This document shows, piece by piece, positions 10,701 to 20,489 of a stretch of DNA of 26,356 nucleotides. The position numbers and the translations under genes were made by a program. This DNA comes from Oopsacas minuta (taxonomy: Eukaryota; Animalia; Porifera): the NCBI GenBank assembly GCA_024704765.1, contig JAKMXF010000095.1, positions 9,864-36,219 of the forward strand, read 5' to 3'. A model generated the notes under the pieces. The model saw only the letters and a list, made by a program, of their open reading frames with translations, did no database searches and had not been told where the DNA came from. Numbering within the stretch: position 1 is the stretch's first letter; each line of letters begins with the position of its first letter.

Positions 10701-10939
10701 GCACTAACCGAGCATAATTATTTTAACACAACTAAATGTAAAAATACATCACTTGGCTATACGGAGAATATTTGAAAACCCATACAATAAACTACAAGTT
10801 TGTAATTTCATGTAACTTTTCGACATGATTGAAAAGGGACTGTATTCGGGAAATTAGCACAGGATTAGACTATAAATAAGATGTAAATCGATGATATAAA
10901 TGAATATTAAAAAATTGAAAATTTTTCAATATGTCCAAA

Positions 10940-11000
10940 AATTATAAATGCCCCAAAATTACAAATGCGAATAAATTACAAATGTCCATTAATTACAAAG
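10940..11000. repeat. 17-bp-period tandem repeat x4 (core AATTACAAATG)
   Basis: Cores start at 10940, 10957, 10974 and 10991. The array abuts the truncated P-element fragment. Confidence 0.8.
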
Positions 11001-11005
11001 CAATT

Positions 11006-11250
11006 AACGTGTATTTCATCCACTTGAACTATAATATTTCTCTCCATGAACTGAAGGAAGAAGTAGCTTGGGTGAGGTAGGTTGAGAAATCGTTTTCATT
11101 GCCAAACGAAGAACACAATGTATTTAACGTCTGAACATGCGGTAGAGAAAGACACTCTAAACACTCGGGATATACATAACATGCTGGAGAAATGAGAAGA
11201 GTCTTAATTGATATGACTTGAGTAATTATATTGTACTGTTGCGTGAGATT
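11006..11250 (-). pseudogene. Second, divergent P-element transposase fragment (region up to the first catalytic Asp)
   Basis: NLTQQYNIITQVISIKTLLISPACYVYPECLECLSLPHVQTLNTLCSSFGNENDFSTYLTQATSSFS / MERNIIVQVDEIHV aligns by eye, colinearly, with RCNIVTKVLALKSHLKSSTCYSYLQSLNCLIFTHSTTLRSLYGTIGLECEL*TYLKVSTTNFNNQERNVALHMDEIHV of the 4511-7393 copy. Not in the ORF track. Confidence 0.85.
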
Positions 11251-11571
11251 TTAGCCCATTAGTATTATTGGACCAGGGATAGTTTTCACCGTGAGATTAT
11301 AACTCATCTATATTAATGCATCAGTAGCGTACTGAAACTCATGAAATATTCTAAAACAAAACGAAGTCAATTTTAAAATTTTTATGTAGAGGGTGTCTCA
11401 AAAGTATTTTCCTCTTATGAATACCACTACAATATAGAATTTCTTAGATAGATTCATCTAATTATTTGCCTATATATTCACCATTAAGTTTTATACATGA
11501 ATTAATTCGACTTGGCATCCCATCAACTAAATTCTCAAGTATCGACGGGCTAATCCCATTCCATATATTTN

Positions 11572-11697
11572 ATGTTATTGTATGGAAATTACTAGATTGC
11601 GGCTACGAATATAGACTACACAATATATAGGAGCGGGAAAGAGTATACAATTTATGACAATATATTTGTGTGGTCGAATACTTTTGTCCCTTGACTG
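11572..11697. mobile_element. Tc1-like element, right terminus following an assembly N
   Basis: Ends ...GTGGTCGAATACTTTTGTCCCTTGACTG|TA. Bases 11603-11697 are the exact reverse complement of 26262-26356. Confidence 0.85.
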
Positions 11698-12008
11698 TAT
11701 ATCAATAGTTGTCTCCGAGACATCAAGTCGGGTCCTAGCATTAAGTGAGGATTTATGGGGAAATTTACCCCAAATTATGCGAGCATTTGAGATCTAGACT
11801 TATAATATTACATAAGTAAAGATTACTTGGTTCCAAGTAACCTACATTAGAGATAAGACAGGGCATTTTACATTTGAAATGGCCCAGGGGTGGGAAATTA
11901 GAAAAATCCTAGTATCAAATCTTCACCTTTGACCCATATATGCCAAGACTAGGGGAGGTGGGGACAAGCATTTATAGGTGCAATAGCTGGAAAGTACTAA
12001 CAACACCG

Positions 12009-12414
12009 CAGAGCATTAAGCGCTCCTGCGCTGAAAAGGTAGATAACTCCCACCTCCGCTCCTTATTAAGAAAGGGAGCGCACTCCGGCTCGCGCTCCAA
12101 TTGCTCTCCATTACATTCTTACATAATTATATGAGATTTGAATTTAAGTAATCAGGATTGAATTTAACCATTATACCAACTGGAAATTGCTAAATGTGCA
12201 ACGCCCATTTCAATAAACTGTGAATTATACGAAAGTGTTCCAGCATCAACATTTTATGGCAAGAATATTGTATTTGATGCAGATTAACGATGAAATTTGT
12301 AAATTGTTTGCAATTAAATACGAGCGCGCTCCTTCAAAAATAGAGCGCCTCTCCACCTTCCGCTACTGAATCATGGATGGAACGCGTACCAAGTCTCGCT
12401 CCTTTAATGCTCTG
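12009..12414. mobile_element. Complete hAT-type MITE (406 bp)
   Basis: TIRs CAGAGCATTAA / TTAATGCTCTG. The 8-bp TSD is CAACACCG (12001-12008) versus CAACACAG (12415-12422), a 7/8 match. Both subterminal regions contain many CGCTCC/GAGCG motifs. Confidence 0.88.
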
Positions 12415-12808
12415 CAACACAGCGCATCTCTGAAGCATAATGTTACGACATACGAGCGATGAACTATGAAAGGGACAAGTAACAACGATAGATTTTGATA
12501 ACAGTAAAAGTGAAGATAAGTAATCCAAATTAGAATATATATGTGAGTCCTTATAGCTTTCTAACTTCTGCTGCCGAATTGAGAGATACACAACAACTAA
12601 ATACATCAACTCGTAACACTACAAATCAAGACAATACAAGGATCATATAATCACATAATTAGATGATTCTATGAATTTTAATAAATGTCTTCGTATTTAT
12701 TTAACTGAATATATATTCACCTATAAATAAACTACATTTAGATTCACAAATCATTTCGTATTACATTACTTTTGATATTACCAGTAATCTGTATGCGACA
12801 ATATAATG

Positions 12809-14329
12809 CACAGTGTGGCAAAATGGCCATAATGGGGAAATAGGTAAATGCATCTGTATTATCACCACAATTATACTTACATATACTAAATCGACACTGT
12901 AGATTTCAAAAATACCAATGATTTTTTAGTAGCAGGACTATAAACTTAGTTATGACGTAATTACTGACATTTTCTAATTTTGAACACTTGTGGTTCATTA
13001 GTGAGGATATTATGAAAGTTGATAATACATGCATGTCATGGTCTCTATTCTGCTATTTGATAACGTACAATTTAAAGACCCTTAATTATGTATGACTTTT
13101 GGATATACTTATTATCATAAATCATCTGTTAGTATACTATTATATAATACCTCTTGGAGGCTATTTGCAAAGTCTCTTTTCTTCTTTGCGTGAATCAAAC
13201 GATTCTGTACTAAGATGGAGTCACTACAACATAACAACCTGACTAAAATATCACTAACATTATCTGTGAAAGAAGTTTTTCTCGCAAGATTCTCCCGATA
13301 CCGCCTTACAAATTTATTGCAGGATTCTAAACATTCCTCAGAGAGATTCTGTAATCCCTTACCATCATTGTAAGTACCTATTAACTGAAACGAATGGGCA
13401 AGTAACTTGTGCAAAGATTGAGGATGCTTGCCCATGGGTACTCAACTAGCAAAATTCGGACGTTCTTTGCACAATTCTTGCATTATGTCACAGTTAATCG
13501 AGGCACCACTGTTGAGGAGTCTTAACAAAACAGATAGATTTGTCTGGATCTTCTCTAATGATATTTTATCTGAAGGATTAATGGAGGAAATGGCCCACGT
13601 CTAAAAGTCTCTTATTTGAAAAACAGTCTCGCGCAATGTTACCAGTGGTTGAAGTGCCGACCTGGCTTGAAGGGATAGCGACACTGAAGTTACATCTTTC
13701 CTGGAGTATAGCTCGAGCCCGTTTCATGTAAGAATTTACTTTCGAGTTTGATGGCGCCCATACCTTGTGTCCTGCATCAAGATGGTATATCAACAGCATG
13801 AACCACCTGAATATACAAAGGTAAGGCATGCAAAGGAGACGCAGCTATAATATCGCTGTTAGAAGTTGTTTGATGCGTAATACTAACACGTTGATTTGAT
13901 GGAGTTTCAAGTAATCTTCTTCATCAACCTCTTCAAAAAGTTCCGGAGCGTCGCTAATTAATCTGTTAATAGGAAACCAGAATGGGCCCATTCTAAACTT
14001 TTAATTTGGCTATCCGTCGCAGTACACAGATGACAAGAAGGCACACCAGCTCCATCCAGCAATCCTGCCATCTTGGTATCAAAAAGGGAACGGATTATCT
14101 CGACCTGTGCATGGCCTCCAATAAGAGATAACCCATCCTGTATGATATGGTCTGTTTGAGGATTGACTATTGTATTCATGATAAGCTTACATTAGAATAT
14201 TCTTCTTTCAAAGCTATCAGTGCTACTGGCCTAAAGCAGAACGGAGAGTTGGGTGAGCTGTTATAGAACACGTCATTTCCAAGTGTGCCTGTAATTGATA
14301 TTGCTTTGAATCGGAACTAAATGAAAGTA
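12809..14329 (-). mobile_element. Transib DNA transposon (RAG1-core-like transposase), 3' two-thirds with TIR
   Basis: The terminus starts CACAGTG-TGGCAAAATGGCC at 12809, about 300 bp beyond the transposase stop. The element is cut by the N at 14330. Confidence 0.82.
13115..14329 (-). pseudogene. Transib/RAG1-core-like transposase, frameshifted
   Basis: Reconstructed order: FRFKAISIT..NSSPNSPFCFRPVALIALKE; SLFDTKMAGLL..SCHLC (D codon 14078-14080, RAG1 D708 equivalent, plus CxxC); SPLHA(Y)LCIFRWFMLLIYH; GTSTTGNIARDCF; LLVEYPWASIPQSLHKLLAH; LSEECLESCNKFVRRYRENLARKTS..N..D...RL...SD (E codon 13325-13327, RAG1 E962 equivalent). At least six frameshifts. Confidence 0.88.
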
Positions 14330-14330
14330 N

Positions 14331-14533
14331 TTGCATAAATATGTATTTACTTTAGTTGCGTAGGCTGAAGATAATATAAAACATCTGTGAACTTAGTTCG
14401 ATCATTACTTTTGTCATTATAATCGCCTTTCTGATATATTTTCAGACTATTCAGTAGGTATATTCTCGCAATGTGCCATATGTCGCATGTGTCATTAATG
14501 GTATGGTGTTCCGATACTTTTGGCCAGGGAGTG
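14331..14533. mobile_element. Tc1-like element, right terminus following an assembly N (second Tc1 family)
   Basis: Ends ATGGTGTTCCGATACTTTTGGCCAGGGAGTG|TA, the reverse complement of the classic Tc1 TIR CACTCCCTGGCCAAAAGTATCGGAACACC. Confidence 0.8.
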
Positions 14534-15877
14534 TATGTGAATATTTGTGTTGGACATAATATATACCCAAACAAGATAATGCGACCCCTACCAGTCGTTC
14601 GTTACACACAGACCCCTCGTAAAAGAGGCTGGCTGAACCAATGTATTATTTCCTAGGTTGCAACCGAATAGTTCAATATTTGGTTCAACCGGAAATACTA
14701 TGCCGAAGCGATGATATTCTGTTGCAGTTGACCTCAGTGGTCCAATTCATGCATAGTTGTATTAATTTCTTTGAAAAAGTTGTTTTCAAATCAATAATCT
14801 TCAGTAGAAACAAGCCTAAATATGCAAATATTTCGGCCGTTCAGTGATACATATAAATTTCAGTTTCATTCCCATAACAAAATGCGAGTTGTAAAGAATT
14901 GAATATTTGCATACGAAAGAATCTTCAACGTAAATATTTTTGATGATGAGATTGAATATGCAAAAATGCTTTACAGGGCAAATTTTGAAACAAACAAGTA
15001 TTTGATCTACACAAGATTCTTTCTCAGGTGAGAAACAAACAAGTGCAAGGTAAGTAATGTTTTGGAAATTATTGCAGCGACCTCCCGCGGCAATCGTGGC
15101 GTTTCTGAAGCTCCTGAATCAACAAAGGGAGCAGTGCCTCAAAATACTTAATATAATAGGCTCTAATAAAAAATATACTGAGTAAAACTGGGAGTAACCA
15201 AATAATCCTTTAGTGTATGGTTTTCCCATTCCTAAGTTGATTAATTGCACTCAATTGATCGTTAAATGACATGAAATTAAAATGAAATTAACCTAAAAAT
15301 GACCTAAAAATTGACTTCTTAAATTTTGAGACTTTGCCAGATCTGAACGTATAATTTATATATATATGACCAGAACTGACTAGGTAGAACCTTTTGACAA
15401 GCCTGTAAGGGGGACCATTATTTTCTTAATAATAAACGTGACCTCAAATCTCAAATGATGATTTCTACAATATGAATAAAAGTAAATGCACGGGAGGGGA
15501 AATAACCAAAATGACCACAAAGACGAATTAAAAAGACTTTATATTCTTGGAGTAACTTTAGTAGAGGAAATAGGAGAAGATTACGAAAATAAATGACCTT
15601 TTATTTAATTTTAGCTACTTCATTCTGTAAGTACAGGATTTCATGGAAGAAAAATCGAACATCTTAAAGACCTCATGAAATTGTTCAGAATGAGAGTATT
15701 CACGACATCTAATGATACATAAAATACGAGTAGTACTACATATAGATAGTTATCAATAAATGAACAAAGATAATAATCCATTCAATAGTAGGCGAAATAT
15801 TAACAACATTATGAAAGATGGTAAATATGTACCACAATTTAGAGATATTTAATAATATATTACGTAATATAGGACAA

Positions 15878-16031
15878 CTAAGAAATTTTGTTCGAGCTTT
15901 TAATCGAAGGTTTTCTCTTTATTTCAATAATAAGTCCGATAGCAAGAAGAATGGCGAGGATTTGAATAAATAATAAACCAACTCCAATTCCACCAACTGA
16001 ATATAAATTCGTTTCAACCAAATTCTCAAAT
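15878..16031 (-). CDS. Tetraspanin terminal exon (end of EC2, TM4, C-terminal tail)
   Basis: Strong acceptor CTTTATCCTTTTTTAG (AG 16033-16032), phase 2. Reads (R)FENLVETNLYSVGGIGVGLLFIQILAILLAIGLIIEIKRKPSIKSSNKIS*, with the conserved TM4 Gln and no internal stop. Not in the ORF track. Confidence 0.88.
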
Positions 16032-16434
16032 CTAAAAAAGGATAAAGTAATCCTTGGACATTAGAAAAATTAACATAAAAGCACATGATATTTCCATACT
16101 CAGAGTAAATATAAGAATGGGGTCAGGTCCGGGATTAGCCTGTATGCCAACTAAGGCATGCACCCTCATCAGGATATTTGTACACTCTGGAATGATCGTG
16201 TTATTCAATTGTCTACGTGTGGGACTCAAATTACTAAAGATATTTAGGGCTAGTTTCACACGCATCTTCCCCTAAATATCATGTTATATCAACCAAATCT
16301 CAGGATATACTTCGTATATATCTCGAATTAATCAACAGACTGATAGTTATATGGCGATAAACGTAAGTTTAAGTATGAAAAGTAAGCTGACAGTACGAAG
16401 GTACCTATTATCATACTAATTATTCCTGTCCTTC

Positions 16435-16522
16435 TCGCCTAGACCACACTGGGGGCTTATATCGCTCCCAAGACATCCAAATGTTGGTTATCCTCCATCA
16501 AAAATTCGTAGCTACGCTACTG
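16435..16522. mobile_element. hAT-type MITE right arm
   Basis: Degenerate CCxAGACCxCxCTGGGGGCTTAxAxCGCTCCCxAGAC-type internal motif followed by the terminus GTAGCTACGCTACTG (reverse complement CAGTAGCGTAGCTAC). The left end was not found. Confidence 0.45.
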
Positions 16523-16730
16523 GCCCTTAACAGAGATGGATACCCACGGTTTCGGGACCTGCAAACTTGGATATTCTCAAGCTGGGTCAAATAGACAGTT
16601 CGGAACGTGGACAATATGGTATATGGACAGTCGGTTTGTGACAAATCGGCACAGTGCTAATTTAGGTGTAAATTGGCTTTATATTTATTTTCATAGATCA
16701 TCAATCGATTAACTAGTTGAAATCAGTAAA

Positions 16731-16814
16731 CAGTGGAAACCACCTAATAGCAAAATCCGCCCATTAACCAGAGAAATCTTGCAAATTACGATTGCTAATA
16801 GGAGGTTTCCACTT
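16731..16814. mobile_element. Small pogo/Tigger-like MITE (84 bp)
   Basis: CAGTGGAAACCACCTAATAGCAA pairs with TTGCTAATAGGAGGTTTCCACTT (20/23 inverted match). A second, more decayed Tigger-like left end (AGAGTGGAACCTGCATAAACCGACACC) follows at about 16824. Confidence 0.7.
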
Positions 16815-17236
16815 TGTGCTGGTAGAGTGGAACCTGCATAAACCGACACCTGTATCAAGGTTTGGCACCGATATATCGTGTAATGAAAAATATCCATATC
16901 AGGATCTCCAAAAATACAGCGGTTTAGCAAAATTGATCAAGTTTTATTGTTGTATTTTTAGCATTAGTAAAATAGAAGAATGAATTTCTACTAAAGAATC
17001 CTAATACATGTATATTGAAGTATTAGAATTTGCACTTTATACTGAATTATGTTAATTGAGTTTCTAATCTATAACCAAATAACATGATAACAGTTCATAA
17101 TACAGTTTATGCTGAAAGTTGTTTCGTTTCGTGTCGTGGACTCTCAATGGTTTTAAAATGTAGATTTCGATACGAGTGCGAAGTAAGCTGAATATTTGAC
17201 CAACAGAACTTCAACCATAAATTTGACTAACTTACT

Positions 17237-18530
17237 TAGGGGTTTCAAAAGGTTTAATTGTTTAATATCCTGACACGACAACAAATTACTAATCAAATTT
17301 CTACATAAAACATCAATGCATAGTTGTAGCCTTTCAACCCACTTCGAAAATGTTATTTTATACTCGTCTCTGTCCACTGAATTGAGGTAGTGGTAAATCC
17401 CGTTTCCTAGCTCAAGTCGGGTTTTTGCCGTCTTCCAGATGTTATTTCAGCCCATGAAATAGCCAGAAATCACAAGGTGATAGATCTGGGGAATACGGAG
17501 GAAGTTCCATCATCTCAAACCCGACATCCTCAATAACTTCCCTAACGTATTATGAAACATGAGGTCTGGCACTATCGTGGAGTGATTTGATTCCTCGTGT
17601 TCCCGTAGCGGACGTCAGTTATACAGACTTTCTCGACTTCTCTCAAGATTTTTCTGCTTAAAATTCTCCATTGAGTCGTTCTCCTTTAGGCACAGGCATT
17701 TGAGCCACTGACAATAAGCACCAAAAAGTATGCTGTAGGTAACTTTATCGTCTCGGAAGTCCGACGTGCCTTTCCGGGGGATAAGACCTTTTGGGAGCCA
17801 TGATTTCCTTTGTTCCTGACGCAGAGGTTCAGAAAATTTAATCCAAGTCCGTCACCAGGAACGATTTCATATAACCTTCAAGAATCACAATCTCTATATT
17901 CTTTAAGCAATATTTTCCGGCATGAAACCCTCTTCTCCTTTTGGCCTTTTATGAGGATTTTTGGCATCCATCGCGCTAAAATCTTACGATATTCGAGATA
18001 ATGGTGTAGAATTGTATGAACACTTCCCGATGAGATGTCAAGGATTAGGGCAATCTCTCCAACGCTCAAATGGGGATCAATATCCAATAGTTCCAGAATT
18101 TGAGAGGGAATTTCAGGGGCTGTTAGCGGAAATAGATCTTCCGGTCCGAGGGTCATTTTCAATGTTGCCCCTACCAACCTATAATTTACGTACCCATTCC
18201 TTTACAGTGGGATACGCTAGAGCTTCCACATGATAAACGGTGACGAGATCCTTATGTATCTGTAGTGGTTTGTCGGCGAGTACGGTACGAATCTTTATGT
18301 TAGCTCGTTGTTCGGTATTGCTTGATGTGTTCTGAAGCCATGAAAAAGTTGACCCTCGGAAATAGGTAAAATTGAAAGTAGGATCAAGATATATAATAGC
18401 TAGAGTGAATTGCTCAACTCCATTAAATAGGCAATTGATAGGACTATTAGGATAACAATGCATTTCATGTAATCGAGTAGAGTTTGGCTGCTATAAACAA
18501 AGGATGGAAACTCTTTAAATGCCCAAAGTA
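17237..18530 (-). mobile_element. mariner (DD34D) element, full length (~1.3 kb), decayed transposase
   Basis: EQRANIKIRTVL..IHKDL..VY..AL.YPTVKEW (HTH); RWMPKIL (WVPHEL variant); IVPGD (D1 region); LHDSARPH (D2); PPYSPDLSPCDFWLF (D3); FSKWVERLQLCID. Degenerate TIRs at 17237-17255 (TAGGGGTTTCAAAAGGTTT) and about 18508-18530. Confidence 0.9.
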
Positions 18531-19288
18531 CAATTTTCCGAATGTAAATATTTTGACCATTCGAAAGAAGAGAGCGGCGTTTCTGAGAATGATTTTATTT
18601 TTCTAATGGAAATTTGTGTATCAAACTAGCAGTAGTTCACATAATAATTTAGCATACTTAAACAAACTTGTTTCCTGAAATCATGGCCATGGATTTTTGC
18701 CGTATGGATGTTTATGTATTCAAAATATTATATTAAAATACTCAAAACTTTTTTGAGATATTTAGGTTTGAAAACTGTCTTGTTTGAGCAGAGTCTTTAT
18801 TGGATTGGTACTAAGGGCAGAAATTTAATGAAAGATTCTAATCCATTCAACTATAGTAACTCACACAGATTACTGCAATATTACTGTTTAATCTCAGTTG
18901 GCTCGTTATGAATTAATCAATGAATTATAGAATTTACAAAGTAATTTCAGTTAAATCATAGCATTTAGTTCCATATATCCCAAAAATAGATCAATAAATT
19001 CATTGTTTGAAATGTCGAGTAGAAATGGATAATTCAGAATCATTTGCTAAATTTCAAATAATTAATCAACTTATAAAAGATACATATTCACATGATTATT
19101 TCCCTATTTGAAATACAAAACAATGTTACTGAAGAGTAAACATCTTAAAATAGTTCTTCCGAATGTACCAATATTATCTTATATTTCATCCATTCATAAA
19201 CAAACTCCTATATTTTTATCACTTTCAACAAAAAATCTTTCACAACTTTAAAAGTCTTATTGACTAAGGTTTGTCTATTTTTAATAAA

Positions 19289-19386
19289 CAGTATTTCTCG
19301 AATAGTACGCTGGGACGATTATACATTTCGAGGATCCTTCATGGGGGCGATTATTCGAAGGGCTACTTAAAATTCGAGGATAAAGG
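19289..19386. mobile_element. Decayed pogo-type MITE
   Basis: CAGTATTTCTCGAATA at the left and AATTCGAGGATAAAGG|TA at the right, with internal GGGGGCGATTATTCGA. The terminal style matches 4071-4307. Confidence 0.45.
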
Positions 19387-19722
19387 TATCTAAATTCTGC
19401 CTTATATTTCAAAGATTGTATTTTGATCTTCAAATTTTAGAATTTTACTTTCGTTTCGACCTCTCCGTCAATGGAACCACATAGTTTCCTTACTTCAAGT
19501 GGAATCAATATTTCAAAATATAACTTCATTTCTTTCTATATAAATTATTTCTGTCTCATCGGAATGCGTGCTAGATGTGTTGTAATCGATTGCTATAAAA
19601 AAAGTTAGATTTATCTTGCACGTTTTCTGGTGAGCGGCGCATATGGCATTTTGATGTTCCTCTTTTAGTTCCACGAGAGCTTCAGCTGTTACTTTTGTAA
19701 ATCAAATACACTTTCAATTTAT

Positions 19723-20354
19723 ACAAAGAGGTTGTGAGTTCATTTCAGATGGCCCTAGCGTTAGCGATTCTATTTGGGGAATTATTTGTATAAAAACTAC
19801 ATGGCCGCAATAATCCAGCTCAACGAAAATCTATTTATTTCAAATGGAAAAATAATTCCCGAAATATCCGTGTATTATTCGAGCGAATAATCGATCGATC
19901 TGTCTCACCTCAGCCATCTATAGATTTCATACCGTGTATCTCGCTTTCTCCATGTCCACCAACTCTACAAATTACAACAAAATCATTGATTGTGAGTTAT
20001 AGCCTCGACTCTTTCTCAATAGAAGATTTTCCATCTCTTCAAACTGCCACAATTTATCGATATATTGTCCATTGCCTGGAATATGCATCTTCTTTAATGA
20101 TAATCAATAGGGAATATGTTTGGTATTCAATTTAACTGGATTTGTTAGAAGATAGGCTAATGGTAATTTCGTCTTCAGCTGCATCTGACCCATTACATTA
20201 CTATGATTTGAGAGATGAGCAATTCAGTATCGACCTCTGCGGGTGCAATTATAGTGGTAGTTTAGTCGAATATTATAATTATAACCTTAATCAGGCTCAG
20301 TTATGGATTGATGGTCGTAACTTCACCGTTATCGCAGTCCAAATTCTTACATAA
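19723..20354 (+). pseudogene. Unidentified decayed coding segment (~210 codons)
   Basis: GCEFISDGPSVSDSIWGIICIKTTWPQ*SSSTKIYLFQME / NNSRNIRVLFERII...YVWYSI*LDLLEDRLMV...WIDGRNFTVIAVQILT*. Only two stops and one 1-nt frameshift (about 19850) occur over about 630 AT-rich bases. No family recognised. Confidence 0.4.
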
Positions 20355-20489
20355 TTTTTTGAGAATTGTGAGTATTCCATTTGTATAGTGTAGTTCATTC
20401 GTAAACAAATTCCCACAAAGTCAGTATGAACATCAAGTCATTGAGCAGACAACCTTATTGCTAATGTGGATAGTTCTACATAAAATTGA

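Larger units (their letters stand above)
2467..14330. other. Three single-N scaffold joins (2467, 11571, 14330)
   Basis: Isolated n characters. Each is followed by the right arm of a Tc1/mariner element whose internal or left part is absent. Confidence 0.8.

Noticed and set aside
11870-11990. Possible right end of another non-autonomous DNA transposon (GGGGAGGTGGGGACAAGCATTTATAGGTGCA)
   Set aside because: No partner end or TSD in the window, so it cannot be supported from the sequence alone.
11940-12609. ORFs 11940-12134 and 12334-12609
   Set aside because: They run across MITE boundaries (12009-12414) and have no recognisable domain.
12816-12850. RSS nonamer after the CACAGTG heptamer
   Set aside because: The sequences at 12-bp (CATAATGGG) and 23-bp (AATAGGTAA) spacing do not resemble ACAAAAACC, so this is not a full RSS.
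12809-12901. Mini-element bounded by CACAGTGTGG and CGACACTGTA
   Set aside because: The inverted match is short and imperfect, there is no 5-bp TSD, and the segment is better explained as the Transib subterminal region.
14347-14847. ORFs 14347-14574, 14471-14656, 16709-16983, 18708-18911 and 21438-21629
   Set aside because: They are short, lie over TIRs or MITEs or AT-rich spacers, and show no protein-family signal.
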